Shown here: positions 36,632 through 46,489 of the stretch, piece by piece
How the letters are laid out: each line of letters starts with the position of its first letter
How positions within the stretch are numbered: the first letter of the stretch is position 1
NCBI GenBank assembly: GCA_964516425.1
Contig: CAZFAM010000002.1
Span: 32,181-96,180 of the forward strand
Direction of reading: 5' to 3'
DNA length: 64,000 nt
Source of the DNA: an uncultured Bacteroidales bacterium
GTDB taxonomy: Bacteria; Bacillota_I; Bacilli_A; ML615J-28; CAG-698
Position numbers and translations under genes: made by a program
Notes under the pieces: generated by a model
Database searches by the model: none
Told to the model about the DNA's origin: nothing
Seen by the model: only the letters and a program-made list of their open reading frames with translations

Positions 36632-38426
36632 TTATTTTCTCCTCGTATAAATGTTTTTGTGTATTAAACATTTTGGCATATATTCCATTATAAGCCATTA
36701 ATTCATTATGCGTTCCTTGTTCTATAATTTGTCCATTATCGATTAAATAAATAATATCAGCATCAACAACTGTTGACAAACGATGAGCAATAATAAACAT
36801 TGTTTTATCTTTTGCTTTTTCAATTATTAATTTATTAATCCTTGCTTCTGCTAATGGATCTAAAGCGGCTGTTGGTTCATCTAAAATATATATATTTTTT
36901 TGACTGGCAAAGACTCTAGCAATAGCTAATCTTTGACGCTCACCACCACTAAAGGAAATACCTTCTCGGTCAAACTCACGTGTAACTTCTGTATATATGC
37001 CATCTTTTAAATTGCGGACCTTATCTATTAATCCTACATTTTCTAAAGCATCCCATACTAGTTGTTCATCTTCTTTGCTTTCCACTCGACGCATTAATAC
37101 ATTTTCCGCAATTGTAACAGCATAAATTTGGAAATCTTGGAATACAATAGCATATTGATCACGAATTTCTAAAGTATCAAATTCATCATATTTACAATCA
37201 TTTAAACATATATTTCCATTTGTTACTGAATAAAAATTTAATAATAATTTCATTAATGTTGTTTTCCCGCTACCATTGTGTCCAACAATAGCAATTCTTT
37301 TGCCTTTAATAGCGGATAAAGAAATGTTTTTTAATGTATCATCTTTACATCCAGGATATTTAAATGAAACATCATTTAATGATAACTTTTGAAAAGCAAT
37401 ATTTTTAAAATCTTTCCTTATTCCATCTTTAGGTTGATACTCTAATAACCATATAAAATCTTCAATATACATAGCTTCTTTTTTTAAATTAGCAATAATA
37501 TTTGATAATTCAGCAACTTTACTATCAAATTCATTAACCGCATTTACTAATGATGTAAATGATGCAATATCTATCACACCTTTAATTAAACGATACATTA
37601 AAATCAAATATATTCCCGCAGATTTTAATATTACTTCTGTAAAGGCTAATGCACCATGTGGAGCTACCGATTTTTTATAACATTTTTTGAATTTTTTATT
37701 ACATTCTTTTGTGTTTTCTTCATATTTATCTATTAGAACATTACTAACATTTGTGGTTTTTAATTCCGCAGCATTTCTTTGATTATAAAATGTTCGCTGA
37801 ACGTACCATTGATATCTTCTTTCTTTTTCACTTGCTTTATAATTTTGATACCAAATTTTATTTTCAATTGTGGAAAATATTAAATTTAAAATAGTACAAA
37901 TAAATATTAATACCAAAAGCAACGGATCTTTTATAATAATAAATGTTCCTAAAGCTATTAACACAGAAACATTAACAATAAAGTTTTTAATAATGTTAAA
38001 GGTTTGAAAACCACGCCATACACTTTCTCTTGTAGTTCTTGAAAATCGATCGTAAAATTCAGGATTATCATATGACTCCATATCAATATTTTTAACTTTA
38101 CTAAAAATAAATCGTTGCATCTTTTTTTGATATACATATCGATATTTTATTAAAATGTAATCATCATAAATAACATTTATAATAGTACATATAATCATTA
38201 CTAATATATAAATCGCTAAAGTATTTAAAATTTCTATAAATTCTATTTTTTTTACAACTAATTCAATAGCCTTTGATATTAACATCACTTTAGATAATGA
38301 AAATACAACTTTTGAAATAACATTAAAAGTAGAATAAACAATTAACATTGGACAAAACTTGCATACATATTTTAATGCTATCGCATTATTTTTTATTATT
38401 GATTGTTTACTCTTCATTTTTATCAC
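36624..38426 (-). CDS. ABC exporter, fused permease/ATPase (half-transporter B)
   Basis: The six-helix TMD is followed by GHNGSGKTT, FSGGERQRLAIAR, IYILDEPTAALD and IAHRLST. Confidence 0.85.
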   Translation of the reverse strand: MIKMKSKQSIIKNNAIALKYVCKFCPMLIVYSTFNVISKVVFSLSKVMLISKAIELVVKKIEFIEILNTLAIYILVMIICTIINVIYDDYILIKYRYVYQKKMQRFIFSKVKNIDMESYDNPEFYDRFSRTTRESVWRGFQTFNIIKNFIVNVSVLIALGTFIIIKDPLLLVLIFICTILNLIFSTIENKIWYQNYKASEKERRYQWYVQRTFYNQRNAAELKTTNVSNVLIDKYEENTKECNKKFKKCYKKSVAPHGALAFTEVILKSAGIYLILMYRLIKGVIDIASFTSLVNAVNEFDSKVAELSNIIANLKKEAMYIEDFIWLLEYQPKDGIRKDFKNIAFQKLSLNDVSFKYPGCKDDTLKNISLSAIKGKRIAIVGHNGSGKTTLMKLLLNFYSVTNGNICLNDCKYDEFDTLEIRDQYAIVFQDFQIYAVTIAENVLMRRVESKEDEQLVWDALENVGLIDKVRNLKDGIYTEVTREFDREGISFSGGERQRLAIARVFASQKNIYILDEPTAALDPLAEARINKLIIEKAKDKTMFIIAHRLSTVVDADIIYLIDNGQIIEQGTHNELMAYNGIYAKMFNTQKHLYEEKINE

Positions 38427-40158
38427 CTAAATATTTTATTGATTGTGACGTAAACATTTCTTTATATTTACCATTTTTCTTCATTAATTCGTGATGTGTT
38501 CCTTCTTCAATTATTTGACCATTATCAAATAAATATATATAATCCGCATTAACTGTTGCAGTTAATCGATGGGAAATAAATATTAATGTTCGATCTTTCC
38601 CAAGTTGTAACATGCGTTCATATAATGTAGCTTCCGCAATTGGATCAAGAGCACTACTTGGTTCATCTAAAATAAATAATTGATAATTTTGCGCATATCC
38701 TCTAGCAATAGCTAACTTTTGTAATTGCCCGCCAGAAAATACTGCACCTTCATGTTTGAACTCACGCGTAACTTCTGTATTAATATTATCTGGCAAACTA
38801 TAAACATAATCATATAATCCAGAAAATTCTAATGCTTCATCAACAAGTTTTTTATCTTGTTCGTTTTCAATATTACGTAATAATATATTTTCCGCAATTG
38901 TTAATGCATATACTTCTACGTTTTGAAATACTGCACCTACCAAATTACGAATTGATGACACTTTTATATCTTGATATTTTTGATTATTAATTTCGATAGT
39001 TCCTTCATTTACATCATATAAACGTAATAATAATTTTACTAATGTTGTTTTTCCACTACCATTCACTCCTAAAATAGCAATATGTTGTCCTTTTTTTATA
39101 TGAAGAGACACATTGTTTAAAACATTCTTATTTTCTATATAGGCAAATGATATATTATTAACATCTAATGATTGAAATGAATTCTCTAATTCTTTTCCTT
39201 GATTTACTTCAATTTTACCTTCCATTTTTAATAAATCAAAAGGAACCTTTACTTCCACAATTGCATCTTGTAATTGTCCAAGATATCTTGCTATACTACC
39301 AATTTTTGACGATAATGTAGTTGATGCGACCGTTAATGATGAAAACAAAGCAACATCAAGTTCATCATTTACTGTATAGCATATTAATAAAACTAAACTA
39401 GGATATAGTAATGTAATTAAAATATCACAAATAACTGCTAAAAAGGTACGTTTAGAGATTAATCTTTTGTGTAAAGAAACAACACCATCTAAAGCTTGAT
39501 CATTGTTCTCTAATAATATTTGATCAATGTTTGTAGTTTTAATATCCGCAATACTATCTTTTGTGGTAAAGACACGATTATTATACATTGTCTTTCTACC
39601 AAATTGTTGGCGCTCTTTTTGAAATTTATTACTTATTTTACTCATAACTATTCTAAGGATCATATATAATATTCCAATTAATATAATATATATAATTGTA
39701 TATTTATTTAATATATATATAACACTTAAAACACTCAACCCGCTAACAATTTCCACAAGTAAATCAAAAAAACTCATTGCACAGTCATATATATTTTCTG
39801 CACCCATTTCTAAAGCACGAGAATAATCATTTAAAAATTCTGGGCTTTCATGGAAATCATAATCAATTTCTGATAATTTTTTAAATAACATTACTGAAAG
39901 TTTAGGTGTAACATTACGATATACATAATCGATATATAAATATGCAAGATTAGATATAATAGATAATAAAAATAATATAACAAATAATATTACTACATAT
40001 AAATAACTACAATTTGGATATGATCCTACTATATAATCTATAGCATGAATTGGTATTAATGAAATGATTGTTGAAGAAATAATAATATATAAATATATTA
40101 CAATTAAAAATGGAAAATTTTTAATTATTAATTTCATTGACTTAAAACAATTTTTCAT
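38407..40158 (-). CDS. ABC exporter, fused permease/ATPase (half-transporter A)
   Basis: The six-helix TMD is followed by GVNGSGKTT, FSGGQLQKLAIARG, LFILDEPSSALD and ISHRLTA. It overlaps the next gene by 20 nt. Confidence 0.85.
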   Translation of the reverse strand: MKNCFKSMKLIIKNFPFLIVIYLYIIISSTIISLIPIHAIDYIVGSYPNCSYLYVVILFVILFLLSIISNLAYLYIDYVYRNVTPKLSVMLFKKLSEIDYDFHESPEFLNDYSRALEMGAENIYDCAMSFFDLLVEIVSGLSVLSVIYILNKYTIIYIILIGILYMILRIVMSKISNKFQKERQQFGRKTMYNNRVFTTKDSIADIKTTNIDQILLENNDQALDGVVSLHKRLISKRTFLAVICDILITLLYPSLVLLICYTVNDELDVALFSSLTVASTTLSSKIGSIARYLGQLQDAIVEVKVPFDLLKMEGKIEVNQGKELENSFQSLDVNNISFAYIENKNVLNNVSLHIKKGQHIAILGVNGSGKTTLVKLLLRLYDVNEGTIEINNQKYQDIKVSSIRNLVGAVFQNVEVYALTIAENILLRNIENEQDKKLVDEALEFSGLYDYVYSLPDNINTEVTREFKHEGAVFSGGQLQKLAIARGYAQNYQLFILDEPSSALDPIAEATLYERMLQLGKDRTLIFISHRLTATVNADYIYLFDNGQIIEEGTHHELMKKNGKYKEMFTSQSIKYLGDKNEE

Positions 40159-40450
40159 ATTGTACTCCTATTTACGATATTTTATCATAAATATTAAAAA
40201 AAAGAAATAAAAAAACTATTTAATTCTTACATAAAAAAAGCATTTTAAATTTTAATTACAAATCGTATTTGTTTTAATTATCGTTTTAAGTATTATTAGT
40301 TATAGCTACATTTATTCTAATGCTTGAATTTTTAGTTTGAGTAAACAAAACAAAGGTGTCACACAGACATATTCTTTAAAATAGTGAATATAATAGTATT
40401 GATTTATTGAATAAAATTGTATATTACACATATATATTAACTTAAAAGGC

Positions 40451-40479
40451 TTGTTTTATTACATAAAATATGGTATAAT
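40451..40479 (+). promoter_or_regulatory. Promoter of the AAA_14/DUF4143 ATPase gene
   Basis: TTGTTT (40451-40456) is separated by a 17-nt spacer from TGgTATAAT (extended -10, hexamer 40474-40479). Confidence 0.5.
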
Positions 40480-40533
40480 TCATTTAGCAAAAATGCGTAT
40501 TGCAATATTTTCACTAAATGGACGGAGGCTATT

Positions 40534-41790
40534 ATGGAAATTAAAAGAGAGATATATTTAAATAAATTAATAATTAGAATGCATAATAAAATGATAAAAG
40601 TAATAACAGGGATTAGAAGATGTGGTAAATCATATTTACTATTCACTTTATTTTATAATTATTTAATTTCACAAGGAATAGATAATTCACATATTATAAA
40701 AATAGCTTTAGATGATATTAGTAATAAAAAATATCGTAATCCTGAAGAATTGTATAATTTTATTAAAGAACAAATTACTGATAACAATATGTATTATGTA
40801 CTACTGGATGAAGTTCAATTAGTCCCTGAATTTGAGGATGTTTTAAATGGCCTGCTTCATATAAATAATGTTGATACTTATGTAACAGGAAGCAATGCCA
40901 AATTTTTATCTAAAGATATTATTACAGAATTTAGAGGTAGAGGCGATCAAATTCATGTGCTACCATTATCATTTGCTGAATATTTATCTGTATATAATGG
41001 AGATAAGTATTCTGCCTTTAATGAATATTTAACCTATGGTGGTCTTCCTTTTATAGCAACTTTATCAACACATGAACAAAAAGCAAACTATCTAACTAAT
41101 CTATTTGAAGAAATCTATATCAAAGATATTATAAATAGATATAAAATACATAGTACTGATGAATTTAAAGAATTAATTAATATTTTAGCTTCATCAATTG
41201 GTTCTTTAACTAACCCTACTAAATTGGAAAAAGTTTTTAAAAGTGTTAAGCACTTATCAATTTCAGCAAATACAATTTCAACATTTATTGAATATCTTGA
41301 AGATGCATTTATTATTTATAAAACTCAAAGGTATGATATTAAAGGCAAATCACATATTGATTCACCATTCAAATATTATTTTTCTGATTTAGGTTTACGT
41401 AACGCAAGACTGAATTTCAGACAATTAGAAGAAACTCATATTTTAGAAAATATCATTTATAATGAATTATTATATCGAGGATATAGTGTCGATGTTGGTG
41501 TTGTATCAACTTATGCACAATCAAACAATAATTTAACTCGCTCAAAAAAAATTTTAGAAGTTGATTTTGTTTGTAATTTAGCTGATAAAAGAATTTATAT
41601 TCAATCTGCATTAGCTCTTCCAACAGAAGAAAAAGTTAAACAAGAACAAAATTCACTTATGAATATCAATGACTCATTTAAAAAGATTATTATATCAAAA
41701 GACTGTCCAATAACTCATTATAATGAAAATGGCATTTTATTTATGAATTTATTTGACTTTTTATTAAATATTGATAGTTTAAATAAATAA
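40534..41790 (+). CDS. AAA_14 ATPase with C-terminal DUF4143 domain
   Basis: Walker A ITGIRRCGKSYLL and Walker B YYVLLDEVQ are present, and the domain order and ~420-aa size are typical of this family. A GGAGG RBS precedes the ATG. Confidence 0.8.
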   Translation: MEIKREIYLNKLIIRMHNKMIKVITGIRRCGKSYLLFTLFYNYLISQGIDNSHIIKIALDDISNKKYRNPEELYNFIKEQITDNNMYYVLLDEVQLVPEFEDVLNGLLHINNVDTYVTGSNAKFLSKDIITEFRGRGDQIHVLPLSFAEYLSVYNGDKYSAFNEYLTYGGLPFIATLSTHEQKANYLTNLFEEIYIKDIINRYKIHSTDEFKELINILASSIGSLTNPTKLEKVFKSVKHLSISANTISTFIEYLEDAFIIYKTQRYDIKGKSHIDSPFKYYFSDLGLRNARLNFRQLEETHILENIIYNELLYRGYSVDVGVVSTYAQSNNNLTRSKKILEVDFVCNLADKRIYIQSALALPTEEKVKQEQNSLMNINDSFKKIIISKDCPITHYNENGILFMNLFDFLLNIDSLNK

Positions 41791-41793
41791 AAA

Positions 41794-41857
41794 AACAGCT
41801 ATATACCTTATTGTTAGATTAATTTTCTAACAATTTGAATATATAGTTGTTTTTTAT
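41794..41857 (+). terminator. Compound (nested) hairpin terminator after the ATPase gene
   Basis: A 12-bp outer stem (41794-41805 / 41840-41851, one G-U) encloses a perfect 8-bp inner hairpin (TTGTTAGA...TCTAACAA). A T run follows. Confidence 0.6.
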
Positions 41858-41945
41858 TACAAAGTTTTATTTAAAACAATTATGTACCTATTTTAATTAT
41901 CTTTTATTAAATTATCCTAAATTAAGTGAATATAAAACATTACTA

Positions 41946-42152
41946 TTATTTCTTTATTTCTTCCACTTTTATAACTCTTTTAACTTTCTTTTTCAATTCG
42001 ATACGATCTATTAATATTTGTCTTTGACATCCCGTACATTCTAATTTATATTGGACACCTGTTTTAATTACTTTCCATGTTTTAGATCCACATGGATGAT
42101 TTTTTTTAAATTCTAAAATATCATTAACATTAAAAATATTGGCATTATTCAT
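41946..42152 (-). CDS. DUF951 family small protein
   Basis: FKKNHPCGSKTWKVIKTGVQYKLECTGCQRQILIDR matches the remembered DUF951 pattern (HPCGS..W......G.D....C..C). The start is reset to the ATG at 42150-42152, which overlaps the upstream stop. Confidence 0.65.
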   Translation of the reverse strand: MNNANIFNVNDILEFKKNHPCGSKTWKVIKTGVQYKLECTGCQRQILIDRIELKKKVKRVIKVEEIKK

Positions 42153-42951
42153 GTTTTTCACCATGTACAACAATTTGTGTATATGGAATTTCAATATTGT
42201 GTTCATCAAATAATTCTTTAATAAATTTATTTAAAGCTCTTTGAACTGCATAATGTTCTTCCGGTTCCGTTTTTGCGGTAATTTTAATATCTACTGAACT
42301 TTCATTTAATTTATCAACACCTGAAACAACCGGTCCTTCAATTATTTGTTTATAATTATCTTTTAAAGAAGGTAGATGTTCTTCAAGTAAAGCTATTACT
42401 TTATCAATTGATTCTTCATATGATACACTAGCAATAACTACTGCTAAAGAATATGAACGTGAAAAATTACTAACTTCACTAATTTGGCCATTACGAATTA
42501 TACGAATTTCTCCACTATTATTAATTAATTTCGTAGTACGTAATCCAACTTCTAATACTTTTCCTTTAAAGCCATTTATTTCCACAACATCATCAATTTC
42601 ATATTGATCTTCAAATACAATACCCATACCGGCTAATAAATCTTTAATTAAGTCTTGTGCTCCTAAACCAATTACTAAGCTTAACACTCCAACCCCAGCT
42701 AAAGCGGCTGTAACATTAATACCCCATGTTGATAAAATTGCGAAAACCGCAATTAACATAATGGTATATTTTATGATACTATGCAATAATTTTGCTACCG
42801 TATAACTTCTTTTATTTTTAGCCTTTACTTTATGTGTAATATAGCGAAGTATAATAAATAATATAAAAGTTATACAAATAATTAAACATGTTATAAATAA
42901 AGGTCTAACATGTGAATTTATCCATTCAGAAAAACTAGCTATAAAAATCAT
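42145..42951 (-). CDS. Small-conductance mechanosensitive channel (MscS family)
   Basis: Three TM helices are followed by the pore-helix region GVGVLSLVIGLGAQDLIKDLLAG and a beta domain (VEINGFKGKVLEVGLRTTKL). Confidence 0.8.
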   Translation of the reverse strand: MIFIASFSEWINSHVRPLFITCLIICITFILFIILRYITHKVKAKNKRSYTVAKLLHSIIKYTIMLIAVFAILSTWGINVTAALAGVGVLSLVIGLGAQDLIKDLLAGMGIVFEDQYEIDDVVEINGFKGKVLEVGLRTTKLINNSGEIRIIRNGQISEVSNFSRSYSLAVVIASVSYEESIDKVIALLEEHLPSLKDNYKQIIEGPVVSGVDKLNESSVDIKITAKTEPEEHYAVQRALNKFIKELFDEHNIEIPYTQIVVHGEKHE

Positions 42952-43730
42952 ACTATATCCTCATTTCTTTCTATAACTTCCATTGCCAGTTCACGATATT
43001 TTTTACTACCTCTAGAATTATAAGCATATTGTAATACCGTTTTTCCATGCATTGGTGCTTCTTGTATATGACTACTTTTATTGATTATTGTTTTATATGT
43101 TAAATCGGGGAAAAGTTCTTTAACTTTATCCACTATTTTATAACCAAAAATATTTCTATTATCTAATTTAGTTAATAAAACTCCTTCAATAGTTAAATGA
43201 AGTTTATATTCTTTTTTTCTTTTTTGTATTTGATTAATTTTATTCACCATTTGTGTTAAAGCATCATAAGCATAATACTCGCATTCAACAGGAATTAAAA
43301 CTGAGTCACTCGCAAATAATGCATTATCAATAATCATTCCAAGTGATGGTGGACAATCAATTAATATATAATCATAATCATTTTTTATTTCTTTTAATTT
43401 CTCTAATAATTGTAACTCTTTATGATCATTACCTATCATTGCTTCAGATACATTTTCTAGTTTAATTGAACCTGGTATAATATGTAATTTATTCGCCAAA
43501 TGATTATATATTACTTCACTAGCCTTTAAATTTGTGGTTAATAAATCATAACTTGTCAAGTTTAATAATTCTCGAGATAGTCCAATACCAATTGTCGCAT
43601 TTGATTGGGGATCTAAATCAATAATTAAAACTTTTTTATTTAATTCTCCTAAAGCCGCCCCTAAATTAATAGTCGTGGTTGTTTTTCCGACTCCTCCTTT
43701 TTGGTTGGCTATTGCTATTATCTTTCCCAT
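42948..43730 (-). CDS. parA: ParA/Soj chromosome-partitioning ATPase
   Basis: The deviant Walker A is KIIAIANQKGGVGKTTT, and IIDLDPQSNAT and ILIDCPPSLG are present. The start is taken at the ATG at 43728-43730 behind GGAGA. Confidence 0.85.
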   Translation of the reverse strand: MGKIIAIANQKGGVGKTTTTINLGAALGELNKKVLIIDLDPQSNATIGIGLSRELLNLTSYDLLTTNLKASEVIYNHLANKLHIIPGSIKLENVSEAMIGNDHKELQLLEKLKEIKNDYDYILIDCPPSLGMIIDNALFASDSVLIPVECEYYAYDALTQMVNKINQIQKRKKEYKLHLTIEGVLLTKLDNRNIFGYKIVDKVKELFPDLTYKTIINKSSHIQEAPMHGKTVLQYAYNSRGSKKYRELAMEVIERNEDIV

Positions 43731-43741
43731 ATTAATCTCCA

Positions 43742-44401
43742 TTATAAAGGTTTTTTCTTAATAATACTATAATTTCTTGGATATTTATTATTTGTTTGTT
43801 TTTCTTTTTTAATAACAATAATCGAATGCTTTCCATAATTTTGTAACAAATCATAATCATATACTTTAGTAACAACACTATCTAATTGCTTAAAAGCATT
43901 ACAAGCATTATTTAATTCATCCAAATAAGCTGATCCTTTCATTGCTAAAAAGAGACCATCCACTTTAACAAGTGGTATACATAATTCGCATAATACTGAT
44001 AAATTAGCTACCGCACGTGCGGTAACAATATCAAACTTATTACGATATACTTGCATATTCTCGGCACGATCATTTATAATCGTTACATTTTCTAATTGTA
44101 ACATATCAACTAATTGTTTAAGAAAGTTACATCTTTTTAAAGTTGGTTCAATAATTGTTAATTTAATGTTAGGATATAAGATTTTTAAAGGAATTGATGG
44201 GAAACCTGCTCCACTACCAACATCACACACCGTAACTGTTTCTGTTAAATCAACAACTTTTCCTATTTGTATACTATCATAAAAATGTTTAATATAAACT
44301 TCTTCTTCATTTGTTATGCTTGTTAAATTGTATTTTTTATTCTCACTTATTAAAAAATCATAATATTTCTTAAATTGTTCATTATTTATTATTTGTTCCA
44401 T
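43742..44401 (-). CDS. rsmG: 16S rRNA (guanine527-N7)-methyltransferase
   Basis: The SAM motif DVGSGAGFPSIPLKI is present, and the gene sits in the position after mnmG. Confidence 0.9.
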   Translation of the reverse strand: MEQIINNEQFKKYYDFLISENKKYNLTSITNEEEVYIKHFYDSIQIGKVVDLTETVTVCDVGSGAGFPSIPLKILYPNIKLTIIEPTLKRCNFLKQLVDMLQLENVTIINDRAENMQVYRNKFDIVTARAVANLSVLCELCIPLVKVDGLFLAMKGSAYLDELNNACNAFKQLDSVVTKVYDYDLLQNYGKHSIIVIKKEKQTNNKYPRNYSIIKKKPL

Positions 44402-46268
44402 TATTTTTTTTACTTTCTAAATATACTAATAATATTGAGATATCACTTGGATTTACTCCACTTATTCTTGATGCTTGAGATATTGTTTCCGGGCGAACCT
44501 TTTTTAACTTATCTTTTGCTTCAGATGCAATATTAGGAATTATATCATAATTGATATCTTCTGGTATTTTTTTAGTTTCTAATACTTGAAATTTTTTTGC
44601 TGTTTTAAATTCTTTTTGAATATATCCTTCATATTTTACCGCAATTTCAATTTCTTCACGTGAATCATTATCTAAAGCAAGTGACATATTGCATAATGAT
44701 TCAATAGTATCTAAATTAATTCCTGGTCTTCTTAATAGTTCTAAAGCCGAAACTTTTAAATTAATTGGACTCATATTATTATTTTGTAAATAATCATTAA
44801 CTTCTTTTGTTGGTGTTAATTTATATTCTTTTAACTTTTCTAATACTATTTCTTTATTTTTTTCTTTTGTTAAAAAGTTTTGATATCTCTCTTCACTAAT
44901 TAATCCTACTTCATAACCATGTTTAATCAAACGTTGTTCCGCATTATCATGTCTTAATAATAATCTAAACTCAGCACGAGAAGTTAGCATACGATATGGG
45001 TCTCTTACACCCTTAGTAATTAAATCATCAATTAAAACACCTGTATATGCTTCATCTCTACGTAATACTAATGGTTCTTTATTTTGAAGTTTTAAACTTG
45101 CATTTATACCTGCGATTAATCCTTGACAAGCTGCTTCTTCATAGCCACTAGTACCATTTACTTGGCCCGCAAAAAAGAGATTTTGGATTTTCTTTGTTTC
45201 TAAACTACTCTTTAATTCTAAAGGATTAATAGCATCATATTCAATCGCATATGCATATTTAGTTATAATTGCCTTTTCTAATCCTGGTAATGAATGAACC
45301 ATTAATTCTTGAACATCATGAGGCATAGAAGTTGAAAAACCTTGTAAATACATTTCATCTATTTCTGATCCTTCTGGTTCAATAAATAATTGATGCCTTT
45401 CTTTATCCGCAAAGCGAACAATTTTATCTTCAATAGATGGACAATATCTTGGACCTACCCCTGTAACAAGACCTGAATACATACTTGATTTACCTAAATT
45501 ATCTTTAATAATTTGGTGTGTTGTAGGTGTTGTATAAGTTAAATAACAAGTAACTTGTTCTTCAAGTGGCTTGATATTTGTGGTTGTATTACTAAAACGA
45601 TATAATTTCGAATCACCATATTGTGGTTCTAAACGTGAATAATCAATGGAATCTTTTTGAATTCTTGGTGGAGTACCTGTTTTTAATCTAATAAGTTCTA
45701 AACCAAGCGATCGCAAACTTTCACTTAACTTAGTAGTCGTTGGTTCTTGGTCTGGACCTGATGGGGTAGATGTAAAACCGCATAAAACACAAGATGATAA
45801 ATAAGTACCACTAGCAATAATAACTGCCTTAGCCATTATTTCTTCATCTTCACATTTAATACCTATTACTTGATTATCATGTGTTATTAAACTTGTAACA
45901 TATGCTTCTTTAACTTCTAAGTTTTTAGTATTTAAAGCTAACTCTTGCATATACTTAGGATATGTTGATTTATCAGCTTGAGCTCTTAAAGCACGTACTG
46001 CAGGTCCTTTAGAACTATTTAACATTTTTAGTTGTAACAATGTTTTATCTGTAGCAACTCCCATTTCACCACCCAAAGCATCTATTTCGCGAACTATAAT
46101 TCCTTTAGCAGGTCCACCAATAGAAGGATTACATGGCATATTCCCAATTCTTTTTATACTACCAACAATCATTAAAGTTTTATTGTTTAGTCGTGCGCTA
46201 GCTAATGCAGCTTCCATTCCAGCGTGACCACCACCAATTACTATAATATCATACTCTTTCTTGTTCAT
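44382..46268 (-). CDS. mnmG: tRNA uridine-5-carboxymethylaminomethyl modification enzyme MnmG
   Basis: The FAD site is YDIIVIGGGHAGMEAA. The protein shows GidA-like sequence over its full 628-aa length. Confidence 0.95.
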   Translation of the reverse strand: MNKKEYDIIVIGGGHAGMEAALASARLNNKTLMIVGSIKRIGNMPCNPSIGGPAKGIIVREIDALGGEMGVATDKTLLQLKMLNSSKGPAVRALRAQADKSTYPKYMQELALNTKNLEVKEAYVTSLITHDNQVIGIKCEDEEIMAKAVIIASGTYLSSCVLCGFTSTPSGPDQEPTTTKLSESLRSLGLELIRLKTGTPPRIQKDSIDYSRLEPQYGDSKLYRFSNTTTNIKPLEEQVTCYLTYTTPTTHQIIKDNLGKSSMYSGLVTGVGPRYCPSIEDKIVRFADKERHQLFIEPEGSEIDEMYLQGFSTSMPHDVQELMVHSLPGLEKAIITKYAYAIEYDAINPLELKSSLETKKIQNLFFAGQVNGTSGYEEAACQGLIAGINASLKLQNKEPLVLRRDEAYTGVLIDDLITKGVRDPYRMLTSRAEFRLLLRHDNAEQRLIKHGYEVGLISEERYQNFLTKEKNKEIVLEKLKEYKLTPTKEVNDYLQNNNMSPINLKVSALELLRRPGINLDTIESLCNMSLALDNDSREEIEIAVKYEGYIQKEFKTAKKFQVLETKKIPEDINYDIIPNIASEAKDKLKKVRPETISQASRISGVNPSDISILLVYLESKKNNGTNNK

Positions 46269-46463
46269 AACTTTACTTCCTGTCCAATCTTATATATTTT
46301 ATCACAATTTCTTTATTTTGCAATCTTTTTTATAATGATTATGTCGAATCGTATAAAAACAATATAATTCATTACTCTTATAAATTTTTGTATTGATTAA
46401 TCTTTTAAGCGATTTTTCCTTATCGTGATAAAGATAACATTATATTCTTTACTATCTTTTGCA

Positions 46464-46489
46464 CAAAAAAAGTCCTTAAAAAAGGACTA
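46464..46489 (-). terminator. Rho-independent terminator closing the 52972-46487 operon
   Basis: A perfect 7-bp stem AGTCCTT/AAGGACT overlaps the stop codon and is followed by U7. Confidence 0.7.

Noticed and set aside
40437-40646. 69-aa minus-strand ORF upstream of the ABC exporter, considered as a possible exported peptide or bacteriocin precursor
   Set aside because: It overlaps the promoter, RBS and 5' end of the AAA_14 gene on the opposite strand. It has no double-glycine leader, and the exporters lack a C39 peptidase domain. It is most likely spurious.
44652-44667. parS-like palindrome TTCTTCACGTGAATCA inside mnmG
   Set aside because: It matches the TGTTNCACGTGAAACA consensus at only 13 of 16 positions. 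With no ParB gene in the window, the match is too weak to call without genome-wide context.
46269-46486. The 218-nt AT-rich spacer upstream of mnmG, considered as a possible oriC/DnaA-box cluster
   Set aside because: I found no good TTATCCACA boxes; the best candidate is TTATCACAA. dnaA and dnaN are not in the window. The spacer is explained by the mnmG promoter plus the terminator of the upstream operon.
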